From positions 324,374 through 356,373 of the forward strand of contig NZ_VZRA01000003.1 of NCBI RefSeq assembly GCF_008802355.1: 32,000 nucleotides of DNA. Direction: 5' to 3'. The position numbers and the translations under genes were made by a program. The stretch's first letter is position 1; each line of letters opens with the position of its first letter. Shown one piece after another: positions 8,035 to 18,685 of the stretch. Under the pieces are notes generated by a model. It had not been told where the DNA came from. It did not search any database and worked only from the letters and a program-made list of their open reading frames with translations. Source of the DNA: Oryzomonas sagensis (lineage in GTDB: Bacteria; Desulfobacterota; Desulfuromonadia; Geobacterales; Pseudopelobacteraceae).

Positions 8035-11000
8035 ATGAGTAGAAAGTCCGCGACCGATACCTCCCTTCCGGCGTGTTCTGCCGAACCAGATGAACACTTA
8101 ACTGCAATACTGGATCTGGTGCAGTCCCGGACCGGGCACGATTTCAGCTCATACAAGATCAATACCATCCGAAGACGCATCGAGCGGCGCATGGCGATGA
8201 ACAATGCGCGTGGCGTTGCGGACTACCTTGCCCTCCTGAACGCTAACCCCCGGGAAGCCCATGACCTCTGCCGGGAGTTCCTGATTGGGGTGACCGGCTT
8301 CTTCCGCGACCCGGAGGCGTTTGCAATTCTTGGCCGAGAGGTGGTCCCGCGTCTCTTTGCGGGGCGGAATGCCGACGACCCGGTGCGCATCTGGCACCCC
8401 TGCTGCTCCACGGGCGAGGAGGCATACTCCATGGCCATTCTGATCAGGGAGTATCTGGAGAGCCGGAATCGCACCGCCGAGGTGCTGATCTTTGCCAGCG
8501 ACCTGGACGAGGAGGCGCTTGCCCAGGCCCGGGCCGGACAGTACTCCGAGGCCATCGAAGCGTCCGTGGGGCCGGAGAGGCTCGCGACCTGGTTTACCAG
8601 GACGAACGGCGGCTACCAGGTGGTCAGGCGCCTGCGTGAGATGGTGGTATTCGCCCACCATAGCCTGATCAAGGATCCTCCCTTTTCCCGCCTCGACCTG
8701 CTCGTCTGCCGCAACGGCCTCATCTATCTCACCTCCGACATGCAGAAGCGACTTATTCCCCTCTTCCATCAAATCCTGAAGCCGGAGGGGTTTCTGTTTC
8801 TGGGAGCGTCGGAAACGATCGGCCAGTACACCGATATGTTCATCCCGGTTCATAAGAAGTGGAAGATCTTCCAGCGTCGGGAGAGCGGTCGGTCCGGCGA
8901 AACGGTCTTCCCTTTTTCCGTTCCCGTTCCCAAACCTGCCGGAGCAACCCGCCCTTCGAAGTCTGCCGACGCCCCGGGGGATGTCTCCGCACAGCGGGCC
9001 GAGAAGATCCTCGTGGAGCGTTATGCCCCTCCCTGGGTGATGGTCAACGAGAAATATGAAGTGGTCCATGTCTCTCCCCACGCCGGCCGTTTCCTCGAAG
9101 TGCCGGTCGGCGAACCGTCTCGGGATATCCTGAAGATGGCACGGAAGTCCCTGCGGCCATCGCTGCGGGCAGCGATCCATACGGCCTTCGGCGAACAGAG
9201 GCAGGTTGTCTTCCGGGGGGTGAGGGTTGCTGACGGCGATGGGGAATCTACGGTCAATGTGCTGGTGGAGCCCCTTGTTACGGCATCGTTTGGCGTACCC
9301 CAGGCCATGGTGATCTTTGAACCGATACGTGCGCCACTTACGGCCCCGCCGGCTCCCGGAACCGAAATCGCCCCGGGCGACGACTCCTCCAAGGATGCCT
9401 TGCTACGCCAGTTGGAAGAGCAGCTGTGCATCACGCACGAACAGCTCCAGGTCACCGTCGAACAGCTCGCCACCTCAAGCGAGGGGTTCACGTCCTCCAG
9501 CGAGGAACTCATCACGATCAACGAAGAATACCAGTCGATGAACGAAGAGTTGCAGGCGACCAATGAGGAGTTGGAAACCTCGAAGGAGGAGTTGCAGGCG
9601 CTCAATGAGGAACTGCTTGCCGTCAACACCGAGTTGCAGCAGAAGGTGGAAGAGCTCAATCTGGCCAACAGCGACATGGAAAATCTCTTCGCCAGTTCCG
9701 GGATCGCGGCCATCTTTCTTGACCGGCAGCTTGCCATCAAGCGTTTTTCCCCGGCCATGGCCGCCATCTTCAGCCTGATCCCGGCCGATCTGGGGCGGCC
9801 CTTCCAGCATCTGGCGGGAAAGCTCGACTGGCCGGCGCTTTCCCGCGATGCCCTCAAGGTGCTGGGTGGGCATCCCATTGCCGAGCGGGAGGTCACCACC
9901 CTGAAAGAGGGGCGCTGTTACCTCAAACGGGTACTCCCCTATCGGAACCACGAAGGAGCCATCAATGGTATCGTCATCACCTTTGTGGATATCAGCGGAC
10001 ACAAGAAGGCCGAAGAGACGCGGGCCCGGCTGGCGGCCATTGTCGAATCATCGGATAACGCCATTATCTCCAAGGGGCTGGACGGCCGCATCAGTACCTG
10101 GAACAGCAGCGCCGAACGGCTGTTCGGCTATCCGGCGAAAGAGGTTATCGGAAAACCGATCTCGCTGCTCTTCCCTCCTGAGTTGTTGGCCGAAGAGGAG
10201 CGGATACTTGGCCGGTTGAAGGCGGGCGAGCGGATTGATCACCTGGAAACCGTGCGCCTGGCCAAGGATGGGCGGCGCATAGATGTCTCCCTGACCGCCT
10301 CGCCTGTCAGGGACGATTCGGGCAGCATCACCGGGGCATCACAGATCGTCCGGGATATCACGGAGAGAAAGAAAGAAGAGGAACAGGCGCGGCATCTCGC
10401 CTCGTTTCCGCAATTGAATCCGCACCCGGTCCTGGAAGCGGATGCATCGGGCGGCATTGTCTTTGCCAATCCGGCCGCGCAACGGTTTCTGGAGACCGTT
10501 GGGCTGGCCGGGGAGGATGCCGTTCGCTTCCTCCCCCCGGATGTCGACGAAATCCTGGCGGAGTGGGACAGGAGCAGCGAGTCGACCCTGTATCGGGAGA
10601 TTACCATCCAGGAGAGGGTCTTTGGCGAGACGATCCAATTGATCCCCCGTTTCAATGCCGTGCGCATGTATGCCCACGAAATCACCAAACGCAAGCGGGC
10701 GGAGGAAGAACTGCTCCGTGCCCACGACGAGTTGGAACACCGGGTTGCGGAACGCACCGAGGAGTTGGCGACGGCGCTTTCATCCCTGCGGAAAGAGACC
10801 AGTGAACGGCTGCACGCCCTGGAGGCCCTGCGTAAAAAGGAACAGATGCTCCTGCAGCAGAGCCGTCTGGCGGCCATGGGGGAGATGATCAACAACATCG
10901 CCCACCAATGGCGCCAGCCGCTGAACGTGCTGGGGCTTCTGGTTCAACAGATACGGCTGTTTTACGGCATGGATCAGTTCAACCAGGAGTTTCTGGACGA

Positions 11001-11532
11001 AACCGTCGGCAAGGCGATGGGATTGGTCAACCACATGTCCCAGACCATCGAAGACTTCAGAAATTTTTTCAAACCCGACAAGGAAAAGGTCGAATTTGCG
11101 ATCCGCGATGTGGTCGTCAAGACCCTGGCGCTGGTAGAGGAGAGTTTCAAAAACCAGCAGGTTGCGGTTGAGACCCAGGCGAACGCCAACCCCATGGTCT
11201 CCGGCTATCCGAACGAGTACTCCCAGGCTCTGCTGAACATCCTGCTGAACGCCAGGGATGCCTTGTTGGACAAGCGCCCCGACGACGCCAAGGTGGTGGT
11301 GACCATCGGCATGGAAGAGGGGCGCTCCATTGTGACCATCACCGACAACGCCGGCGGCATCGCCGGGGACACCATGGGCAAGATCTTCGAGCCGTATTTC
11401 ACCACCAAGGGGCCGGATAAGGGGACCGGGGTGGGGCTGTTCATGTCGAAAGCCATCATAGAAAAGAACATGAACGGCAGGCTTACGGCACGCAATATCG
11501 CCGATGGCGCGGAATTCAGGATAGAGGTTTGA
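8035..11532 (+). CDS. cytoplasmic multidomain sensor: CheR-type methyltransferase + PAS-like + NEEL coiled coil + PAS domains + histidine kinase, 1165 aa
   Basis: The N-terminus matches CheR (HDFSSYKINTIRRRIERRM, TGFFRDPEAF, VRIWHPCCSTGEEAYSMAILI, FASDLDEEAL, LLVCRNGLIYL). A NEELQATNEELETSKEELQALNEEL coiled coil follows. A clear PAS is present (IVESSDNAIISKGLDGRISTWNSSAERLFGY...). H-box NNIAHQWRQPLN and HATPase N/G boxes (LLNARDAL, DNAGGI, GTGVGLFMSK). No TM segment and no receiver domain. Confidence 0.8.
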   Translation: MSRKSATDTSLPACSAEPDEHLTAILDLVQSRTGHDFSSYKINTIRRRIERRMAMNNARGVADYLALLNANPREAHDLCREFLIGVTGFFRDPEAFAILGREVVPRLFAGRNADDPVRIWHPCCSTGEEAYSMAILIREYLESRNRTAEVLIFASDLDEEALAQARAGQYSEAIEASVGPERLATWFTRTNGGYQVVRRLREMVVFAHHSLIKDPPFSRLDLLVCRNGLIYLTSDMQKRLIPLFHQILKPEGFLFLGASETIGQYTDMFIPVHKKWKIFQRRESGRSGETVFPFSVPVPKPAGATRPSKSADAPGDVSAQRAEKILVERYAPPWVMVNEKYEVVHVSPHAGRFLEVPVGEPSRDILKMARKSLRPSLRAAIHTAFGEQRQVVFRGVRVADGDGESTVNVLVEPLVTASFGVPQAMVIFEPIRAPLTAPPAPGTEIAPGDDSSKDALLRQLEEQLCITHEQLQVTVEQLATSSEGFTSSSEELITINEEYQSMNEELQATNEELETSKEELQALNEELLAVNTELQQKVEELNLANSDMENLFASSGIAAIFLDRQLAIKRFSPAMAAIFSLIPADLGRPFQHLAGKLDWPALSRDALKVLGGHPIAEREVTTLKEGRCYLKRVLPYRNHEGAINGIVITFVDISGHKKAEETRARLAAIVESSDNAIISKGLDGRISTWNSSAERLFGYPAKEVIGKPISLLFPPELLAEEERILGRLKAGERIDHLETVRLAKDGRRIDVSLTASPVRDDSGSITGASQIVRDITERKKEEEQARHLASFPQLNPHPVLEADASGGIVFANPAAQRFLETVGLAGEDAVRFLPPDVDEILAEWDRSSESTLYREITIQERVFGETIQLIPRFNAVRMYAHEITKRKRAEEELLRAHDELEHRVAERTEELATALSSLRKETSERLHALEALRKKEQMLLQQSRLAAMGEMINNIAHQWRQPLNVLGLLVQQIRLFYGMDQFNQEFLDETVGKAMGLVNHMSQTIEDFRNFFKPDKEKVEFAIRDVVVKTLALVEESFKNQQVAVETQANANPMVSGYPNEYSQALLNILLNARDALLDKRPDDAKVVVTIGMEEGRSIVTITDNAGGIAGDTMGKIFEPYFTTKGPDKGTGVGLFMSKAIIEKNMNGRLTARNIADGAEFRIEV

Positions 11533-11553
11533 GCGGGTAGGGGAACGGGAACG

Positions 11554-11589
11554 AAAAAGGCGGGGCTAACCCCGCCTTTTTCGTTTTTT
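11554..11589. terminator. bidirectional Rho-independent terminator between convergent genes
   Basis: AAAAAGGCGGGG-ctaa-CCCCGCCTTTTT followed by CGTTTTTT. A T-run follows the stem on both strands. It lies between the kinase stop (11532) and the eno stop (11606). Confidence 0.85.
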
Positions 11590-11605
11590 ATTGATGGGTT
11601 ACATA

Positions 11606-12973
<1,368 letters not shown>

Positions 12974-13136
12974 TTACTTTCAATAAATACAGATATGCCG
13001 AGAAAAAATGTGTGGCTGCCCGGAAATATCCCCATCGGTTTGGCATACAGATATTCACATTATGTTGTAATAATGGTATGAAATACCTGCCCATTGTTTG
13101 CGGATGGAATCCCCCTGATTAGCGGAGAAGGCATTC

Positions 13137-14351
13137 ATGCCGTCAGATTCCCTGGATCGTCTCACCATCGACAAATCCCGCCACCCCTCTCACAAACGGG
13201 GCGCGGGCAAGCGCACGCGTCTTTGGGGCGTTGTTTTCGTCGTGATCGCCGCCGGAGTCGTACTGCTGGCAGTGCAGAGGCGCTCCGTCTCCATCGAAAC
13301 CACCAATGTCTCCCAGGTATTTCCGACCCAGTCATTTACCCTGTTGAACGCCAGTGGATATGTGGTGGCCCAACGAAAGGCGGCGGTGGCCGCCAAGACC
13401 ACCGGCCGGTTGGAATGGCTGGGGGTCGAGGAGGGGAGCCGGGTTACGACCGGCCAGGTTATTGCCCGGCTGGAGAACAAGGACCTGGATGCGGCCGTGC
13501 GGCAGAACAAGGCGGCCGTGCAGAGCGCCCGGTCTGCACTTGACCAGGTCAAGGCGGAGCTGGTCGACGCCAAACAGGCGTACCTGCGTGAGAAGGAGTT
13601 GCTGAGCCAGGGGATCGTCGCCAAGTCCGAATACGATGCGGCCTACGCGCGCTACAAGAAGGCCGTTGCCGGCGTTGCGGAGGCGGAAGCCGGCATCCAC
13701 GTTGCCCTCGCCGCGCTGAAAGGGGCGACCGTAAGCTACGATTACAGCCTGATCCGGGCGCCGTTCGATGCCGTTGTCTTGACCAAGAATGCCGATGTGG
13801 GTGACATCATCACCCCCCTGGGGGCGGCGGCCAATGCCAAGGCGGCCGTGGTGTCCATAGCGGACCTCGGGTCGCTTGAGGTGGAGGCCGATGTCTCCGA
13901 ATCAAACCTGGCGGTGGTGAAGCCGGGGCAGCCCTGCGAGGTCACCCTGGATGCGCTGCCCAACACCCGGTTCCGCGGCGTCGTGCACACCATCGTCCCG
14001 ACGGCCGACCGCACCAAGGCCTCGGTCATGGTCAAGGTGCGCTTCGTGGACACCGATCCCCACATCTTGCCGGAGATGAGCGCCAAGGTGGCCTTCCTGG
14101 AGCGGGAAGCCCGCAAGGCGGACCAGCGGCCGCGCATCGCCGTCAAACCGTCGGCAATCGTCGCCTCCGGCGGTCGCCAGGGGGTCTATCTCGTCACGGG
14201 GGATCGCGTGGTCTTCACGCCGATTACCCGCGGCGCCCCGCTGGGCGATCTGGTGGAGGTAGGCGGGGTAAAGTCCGGCGATCGGGTCGCGCTCAAGCCC
14301 TTGGATAAACTGAAGGACGGGGCCAGGATCCGTCTGGCCGGGGAAAAATAG
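13137..14351 (+). CDS. efflux transporter periplasmic adaptor subunit (HlyD/MFP, MacA-like), 404 aa
   Basis: N-terminal TM anchor, coiled-coil hairpin (LDAAVRQNKAAVQSARSALDQVKAELVDAKQAY...), lipoyl/beta-barrel-like motifs (LIRAPFDAVVLTKNADVGD). RBS GGAGAAGG. Confidence 0.8.
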   Translation: MPSDSLDRLTIDKSRHPSHKRGAGKRTRLWGVVFVVIAAGVVLLAVQRRSVSIETTNVSQVFPTQSFTLLNASGYVVAQRKAAVAAKTTGRLEWLGVEEGSRVTTGQVIARLENKDLDAAVRQNKAAVQSARSALDQVKAELVDAKQAYLREKELLSQGIVAKSEYDAAYARYKKAVAGVAEAEAGIHVALAALKGATVSYDYSLIRAPFDAVVLTKNADVGDIITPLGAAANAKAAVVSIADLGSLEVEADVSESNLAVVKPGQPCEVTLDALPNTRFRGVVHTIVPTADRTKASVMVKVRFVDTDPHILPEMSAKVAFLEREARKADQRPRIAVKPSAIVASGGRQGVYLVTGDRVVFTPITRGAPLGDLVEVGGVKSGDRVALKPLDKLKDGARIRLAGEK

Positions 14352-14354
14352 GAA

Positions 14355-15056
14355 ATGGCCGACTCCGGGGAACGGCGGGTCGTCGTCAGTATCCGCAACG
14401 CAGCCAAGTCCTACCTGCGGGGCAGCCAGGTGGTGCCGGTTCTGGAGGATCTCTCCTTCGAGATCTTCCAGGGGGAGTTCCTGGCGCTGATGGGGCCGTC
14501 CGGGTCGGGCAAGAGCACCCTGCTCAACCTGATTGCCGGCATCGATTCGGTGGACAGTGGCGCTATCGTGGTGGATGGCGTGGATATCGCCACCCTGGGG
14601 GAACGGGAACTTGCCGACTGGCGCGCGGCCCACGTCGGCTTCATCTTCCAGTTCTACAACCTGATCCCGGTTCTGACCGCGTTTGAAAATGTGGAACTGC
14701 CGCTCCTTCTGACGCCGCTTAACCGCCGCGAACGCCGGGAGCATGTGGTGGCCGCCCTGGAGGTGGTCGGTCTGGCCGACCGCATGGAACATTACCCCTC
14801 CCAGCTTTCGGGCGGCCAGCAACAACGGGTCGCCATCGCCCGGGCCGTGGTGAGCGACCCCTCCATTCTGGTGGCCGACGAACCGACCGGCGATCTGGAC
14901 CGGGTTTCCGCCGAGGAGATCCTGCACCTGATGACGCACCTGAACAGCGCGTTCGGCAAGACGATCATCATGGTCACCCACGACCCCCGCGCCGCCGAGA
15001 AGGCCCATACCGTCAGGCACCTGGAAAAGGGCGTGTTGAGCGATGTTCCTTCTTAA
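14355..15056 (+). CDS. ABC transporter ATP-binding protein (MacB/LolD family), 233 aa
   Basis: Walker A GPSGSGKST, Q-loop, signature LSGGQQQRVAIARA, Walker B ILVADEPTGDLD, H-loop VTHD. Confidence 0.88.
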   Translation: MADSGERRVVVSIRNAAKSYLRGSQVVPVLEDLSFEIFQGEFLALMGPSGSGKSTLLNLIAGIDSVDSGAIVVDGVDIATLGERELADWRAAHVGFIFQFYNLIPVLTAFENVELPLLLTPLNRRERREHVVAALEVVGLADRMEHYPSQLSGGQQQRVAIARAVVSDPSILVADEPTGDLDRVSAEEILHLMTHLNSAFGKTIIMVTHDPRAAEKAHTVRHLEKGVLSDVPS

Positions 15057-16200
15057 GCTGCTTACCAGGAACGCCCTGCGCCACCATCTGCGCACCGGGC
15101 TCACCATTCTGGGAATCACCATCGCCATCCTGGCTTTCGGCCTGCTGCGGACGGTGGTCAGCGCCTGGTATGCCGGGGTCAACGCCTCGTCGGCCGCGCG
15201 GCTGATCTCGCGCAACGCCATCTCCCTGACCTTTTCCCTGCCCCTTTCCTATCTGGAGCGGATCAGACAGGTGGAGGGGGTCAAGTCGGTTTCCTATGCC
15301 AACTGGTTCGGGGGCATCTACATCACGGAAAAGAACTTTTTCCCGAATTTTGCCGTGGAGCCGAAAAGCTATTTCGAGTTGTATCCCGAATTCGTGCTCG
15401 CTCCCGAAGACAAACGGGCCTTTCTGGCCGACCGCAAGGGGTGTGTGGTCGGACGGAGACTGGCCGAGCGCTTCGGCTGGAAGGTGGGCGACAATATCAC
15501 GCTCAAGGGCACCATCTTTCCCGGCACATGGGAATTCGTCCTGCGCGGCATCTATCGCGGCGCGGAGAAGTCCACCGATGAGAACCAGTTCTTCTTTCAG
15601 TGGGACTATCTGAACGAGACCCTGAAGAAGACGGCCGCGCGCCGGGCCGACCAGCTCGGCGTCATCATCCTGGGGCTGAAAAACCCGCAAACAGCGGCGG
15701 AGACCTCCCTGGCGGTGGATGCGCGGTTCAGGAACTCCCTGGCCGAAACCCTGACCGAGACGGAAAAGGCCTTCCAGCTCAGCTTCGTCTCCATGACCGA
15801 GGCCATTGTTGTGGCCATCCGTATCGTGTCGTACGTGGTGATCGTCATCATCATGGCGGTGGTAGCCAATACCATGGCCATGACCGCCCGGGAGCGGATC
15901 GGCGAGTATGCCATCTTCAAGGCCCTGGGCTTTCGCGGGTACTACATTGCCGGCATGGTGTTCGGCGAGTCGTTGTTTATCGCCATGACCGGCTGTGCGG
16001 CCGGCATTGTCCTGACCTTTCCGGTGGCCGCCAGGTTCGGCAAGGTCATGGGTGCGTTCTTTCCCGTATTCCAGGTCGAGCGTTCAACCCTGTACCTGGA
16101 CGTGGTCTTCTGCCTGGTGGTCGGCCTGGTGGCGGCCGTTTTTCCCACCTGGCGGGCGGTCAGGATCGGGATTGCCGACGGCTTGCGCAGGATCGGATAG
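15043..16200 (+). CDS. ABC transporter permease, FtsX/MacB-type with periplasmic domain, 385 aa
   Basis: One TM, then a roughly 200-aa periplasmic domain, then three C-terminal TMs (FtsX fold pattern). ATG overlaps the ATPase stop by 14 nt. Confidence 0.8.
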   Translation: MFLLKLLTRNALRHHLRTGLTILGITIAILAFGLLRTVVSAWYAGVNASSAARLISRNAISLTFSLPLSYLERIRQVEGVKSVSYANWFGGIYITEKNFFPNFAVEPKSYFELYPEFVLAPEDKRAFLADRKGCVVGRRLAERFGWKVGDNITLKGTIFPGTWEFVLRGIYRGAEKSTDENQFFFQWDYLNETLKKTAARRADQLGVIILGLKNPQTAAETSLAVDARFRNSLAETLTETEKAFQLSFVSMTEAIVVAIRIVSYVVIVIIMAVVANTMAMTARERIGEYAIFKALGFRGYYIAGMVFGESLFIAMTGCAAGIVLTFPVAARFGKVMGAFFPVFQVERSTLYLDVVFCLVVGLVAAVFPTWRAVRIGIADGLRRIG

Positions 16201-16278
16201 TAGGAGGTCGTTGAAAAACAGCCATCAGGCCTTTGTCCTCGAAAGCCCCTTTGTGCGGCGTAGCGCCCCTCATCCTAT

Positions 16279-16331
16279 CCTTCTCCCCAAGGGAGAAGGG
16301 ATACCGTTACCCTCTCCCTCCGGGAGAGGGT
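16279..16331. repeat. tandem GC-rich extragenic palindromes (REP-like)
   Basis: CCTTCTCCC-caa-GGGAGAAGG (16279-16299) and ACCCTCTCCC-tcc-GGGAGAGGGT (16309-16331, 10-bp perfect stem), in the intergenic region after the permease. Confidence 0.7.
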
Positions 16332-16440
16332 GGCCAAAGGCCGGGTGAGGGCCTCCGCGGGGCTTGGCTCGTGGGTGCGGCGACCTGGCTATTTTTGCAC
16401 GACCTGAATTTTTGATCAGCCTGTTAGACGAGGTATATCC

Positions 16441-17808
<1,368 letters not shown>

Positions 17809-17811
<3 letters not shown>

Positions 17812-17823
17812 CAATAATTGTCA
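17809..17823. promoter_or_regulatory. candidate enhancer (UAS) palindrome for the sigma-54 activator
   Basis: TGACAAT-A-ATTGTCA, a perfect 7-1-7 palindrome overlapping the pilR stop codon and centred about 105 bp upstream of the -24 element. A further TGAC half-site is at 17831-17834. Confidence 0.35.
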
Positions 17824-17891
17824 GGAGTGGTGACGTGTTTGGCCCCGGTTCAGATAGTTGTATTGTGGGGGCTCTGTGTATATATATGTAA

Positions 17892-17904
17892 TATCAAATT
17901 GTTA
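17892..17904 (+). promoter_or_regulatory. candidate IHF site
   Basis: TATCAAattgTTA matches WATCAANNNNTTR. It lies in an AT-rich tract between the palindrome and the sigma-54 promoter. Confidence 0.4.
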
Positions 17905-17919
17905 TGTTTGTTTTAAAGC

Positions 17920-17935
17920 TGGCCTTCGATTTGCA
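17920..17935 (+). promoter_or_regulatory. sigma-54 (RpoN) -24/-12 promoter of the pilin operon
   Basis: TGGCCttcgatTTGCA. GG and GC are exactly 12 nt apart, as in TGGCAC-N5-TTGC. Predicted TSS is about 17946, 56 nt upstream of the pilin ATG. Confidence 0.75.
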
Positions 17936-18001
17936 TGACTAATTGCGTATTTGATCATTACTTGACCTGTAAAGAACACAACACAACGAAAGGGGAAAAA
18001 C

Positions 18002-18220
18002 ATGCTACAAAAAATGAAAAACAGAAAAGGCTTCACCCTGATCGAACTGCTGATCGTTGTTGCGATCATCGGTATCCTGGCTGCTATCGCCATCCCGCAG
18101 TTTAACGCGTATCGTCAAAAAGCTTACAACAGTGCTGCATCAAGCGATCTGAAAAACACGAAAACAGCGCTTGAATCCGTTATGGCAGATGCCCAGAAGT
18201 ACCCAACCAATCTCCAGTAA
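18002..18220 (+). CDS. pilA: truncated type IVa pilin, Geobacter PilA-N type (72-aa prepilin, 62-aa mature)
   Basis: MLQKMKNRKG/FTLIELLIVVAIIGILAAIAIPQF...: class III leader, G-1/F+1/E+5. Near-identical over most of its length to my recollection of G. sulfurreducens PilA. No globular C-terminal domain. RBS AGGGGA. Confidence 0.9.
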   Translation: MLQKMKNRKGFTLIELLIVVAIIGILAAIAIPQFNAYRQKAYNSAASSDLKNTKTALESVMADAQKYPTNLQ

Positions 18221-18250
18221 ATTTAATAATACGATGAAAGGGGCGTTCTA

Positions 18251-18625
18251 ATGAAAAGGAAAATCTTCGCAATGGCCGGACTTGTAGCCATGATAATGTC
18301 AAATGCTTCTCTGACATTAGCTGCTGCTGCAGCAGCAGGGAGTGAATTTGTTGCGGCGGCTGGAGCTTCAATCCAGTACAGTGTCGATGGTACAAATTAT
18401 AAAGATCTTGCCAAGCTGTCGAACAACGTGATTTTGCATTGCTTTATCAATTCTACCTCAGACCAATACTCGATAACATCGAAGCATACTCAGTCTGTTC
18501 GCGAGTACGGCACCTCTTCTCAAGATACCAAGATGTATTATCATGAACTTTCCACTGCTTCCACAGGTATGACCGGTCTTAATGCAGCTGATACCAGCCA
18601 GATGACCTCGTGGACATCTATGTAG
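18251..18625 (+). CDS. secreted Ser/Thr-rich protein, PilA-C-like partner of the short pilin, 124 aa
   Basis: Sec signal peptide MKRKIFAMAGLVAMIMSNASLTLA/AA. Located 30 nt after pilA-N with its own RBS (GAAAGGGG) and no intervening terminator. Assignment is by position (split-pilin synteny) only. Confidence 0.55.
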   Translation: MKRKIFAMAGLVAMIMSNASLTLAAAAAAGSEFVAAAGASIQYSVDGTNYKDLAKLSNNVILHCFINSTSDQYSITSKHTQSVREYGTSSQDTKMYYHELSTASTGMTGLNAADTSQMTSWTSM

Positions 18626-18644
18626 CATCTCCTTCCTACACCGT

Positions 18645-18674
18645 AACGGGATGCTTCGGCATCCCGTTTTTTTT
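18645..18674 (+). terminator. Rho-independent terminator after the pilin pair
   Basis: AACGGGATGC-ttcg-GCATCCCGTT followed by TTTTTT. The U-tract ends at the GGAG RBS of the next gene. Confidence 0.85.
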
Positions 18675-18685
18675 GGAGTTTCTTT

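Noticed and set aside
9420-9660. Highly repetitive NEEL/EEL-encoding DNA inside the kinase gene, considered as a possible slippage or phase-variation tract.
   Set aside because: The repeats exist at the amino-acid (heptad coiled-coil) level with varied codons. There are no perfect nucleotide tandem repeats, and this coiled coil is a normal feature of CheBR-PAS-type proteins.
13038-13056. TGGCATacagatattcac upstream of the efflux operon, considered as a sigma-54 -24/-12 element.
   Set aside because: There is no GC dinucleotide at the required -12 position.
16386-16399. TGGCTatttTTGCA upstream of pilR, considered as a sigma-54 promoter.
   Set aside because: The GG-to-GC distance is 10 nt instead of the invariant 12 nt, so spacing is wrong for RpoN recognition.
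17902-18093. 63-aa ORF antisense to the pilin promoter and 5' end.
   Set aside because: It overlaps the strongly supported pilA-N gene and sigma-54 promoter, and it has no RBS and no recognisable motif.
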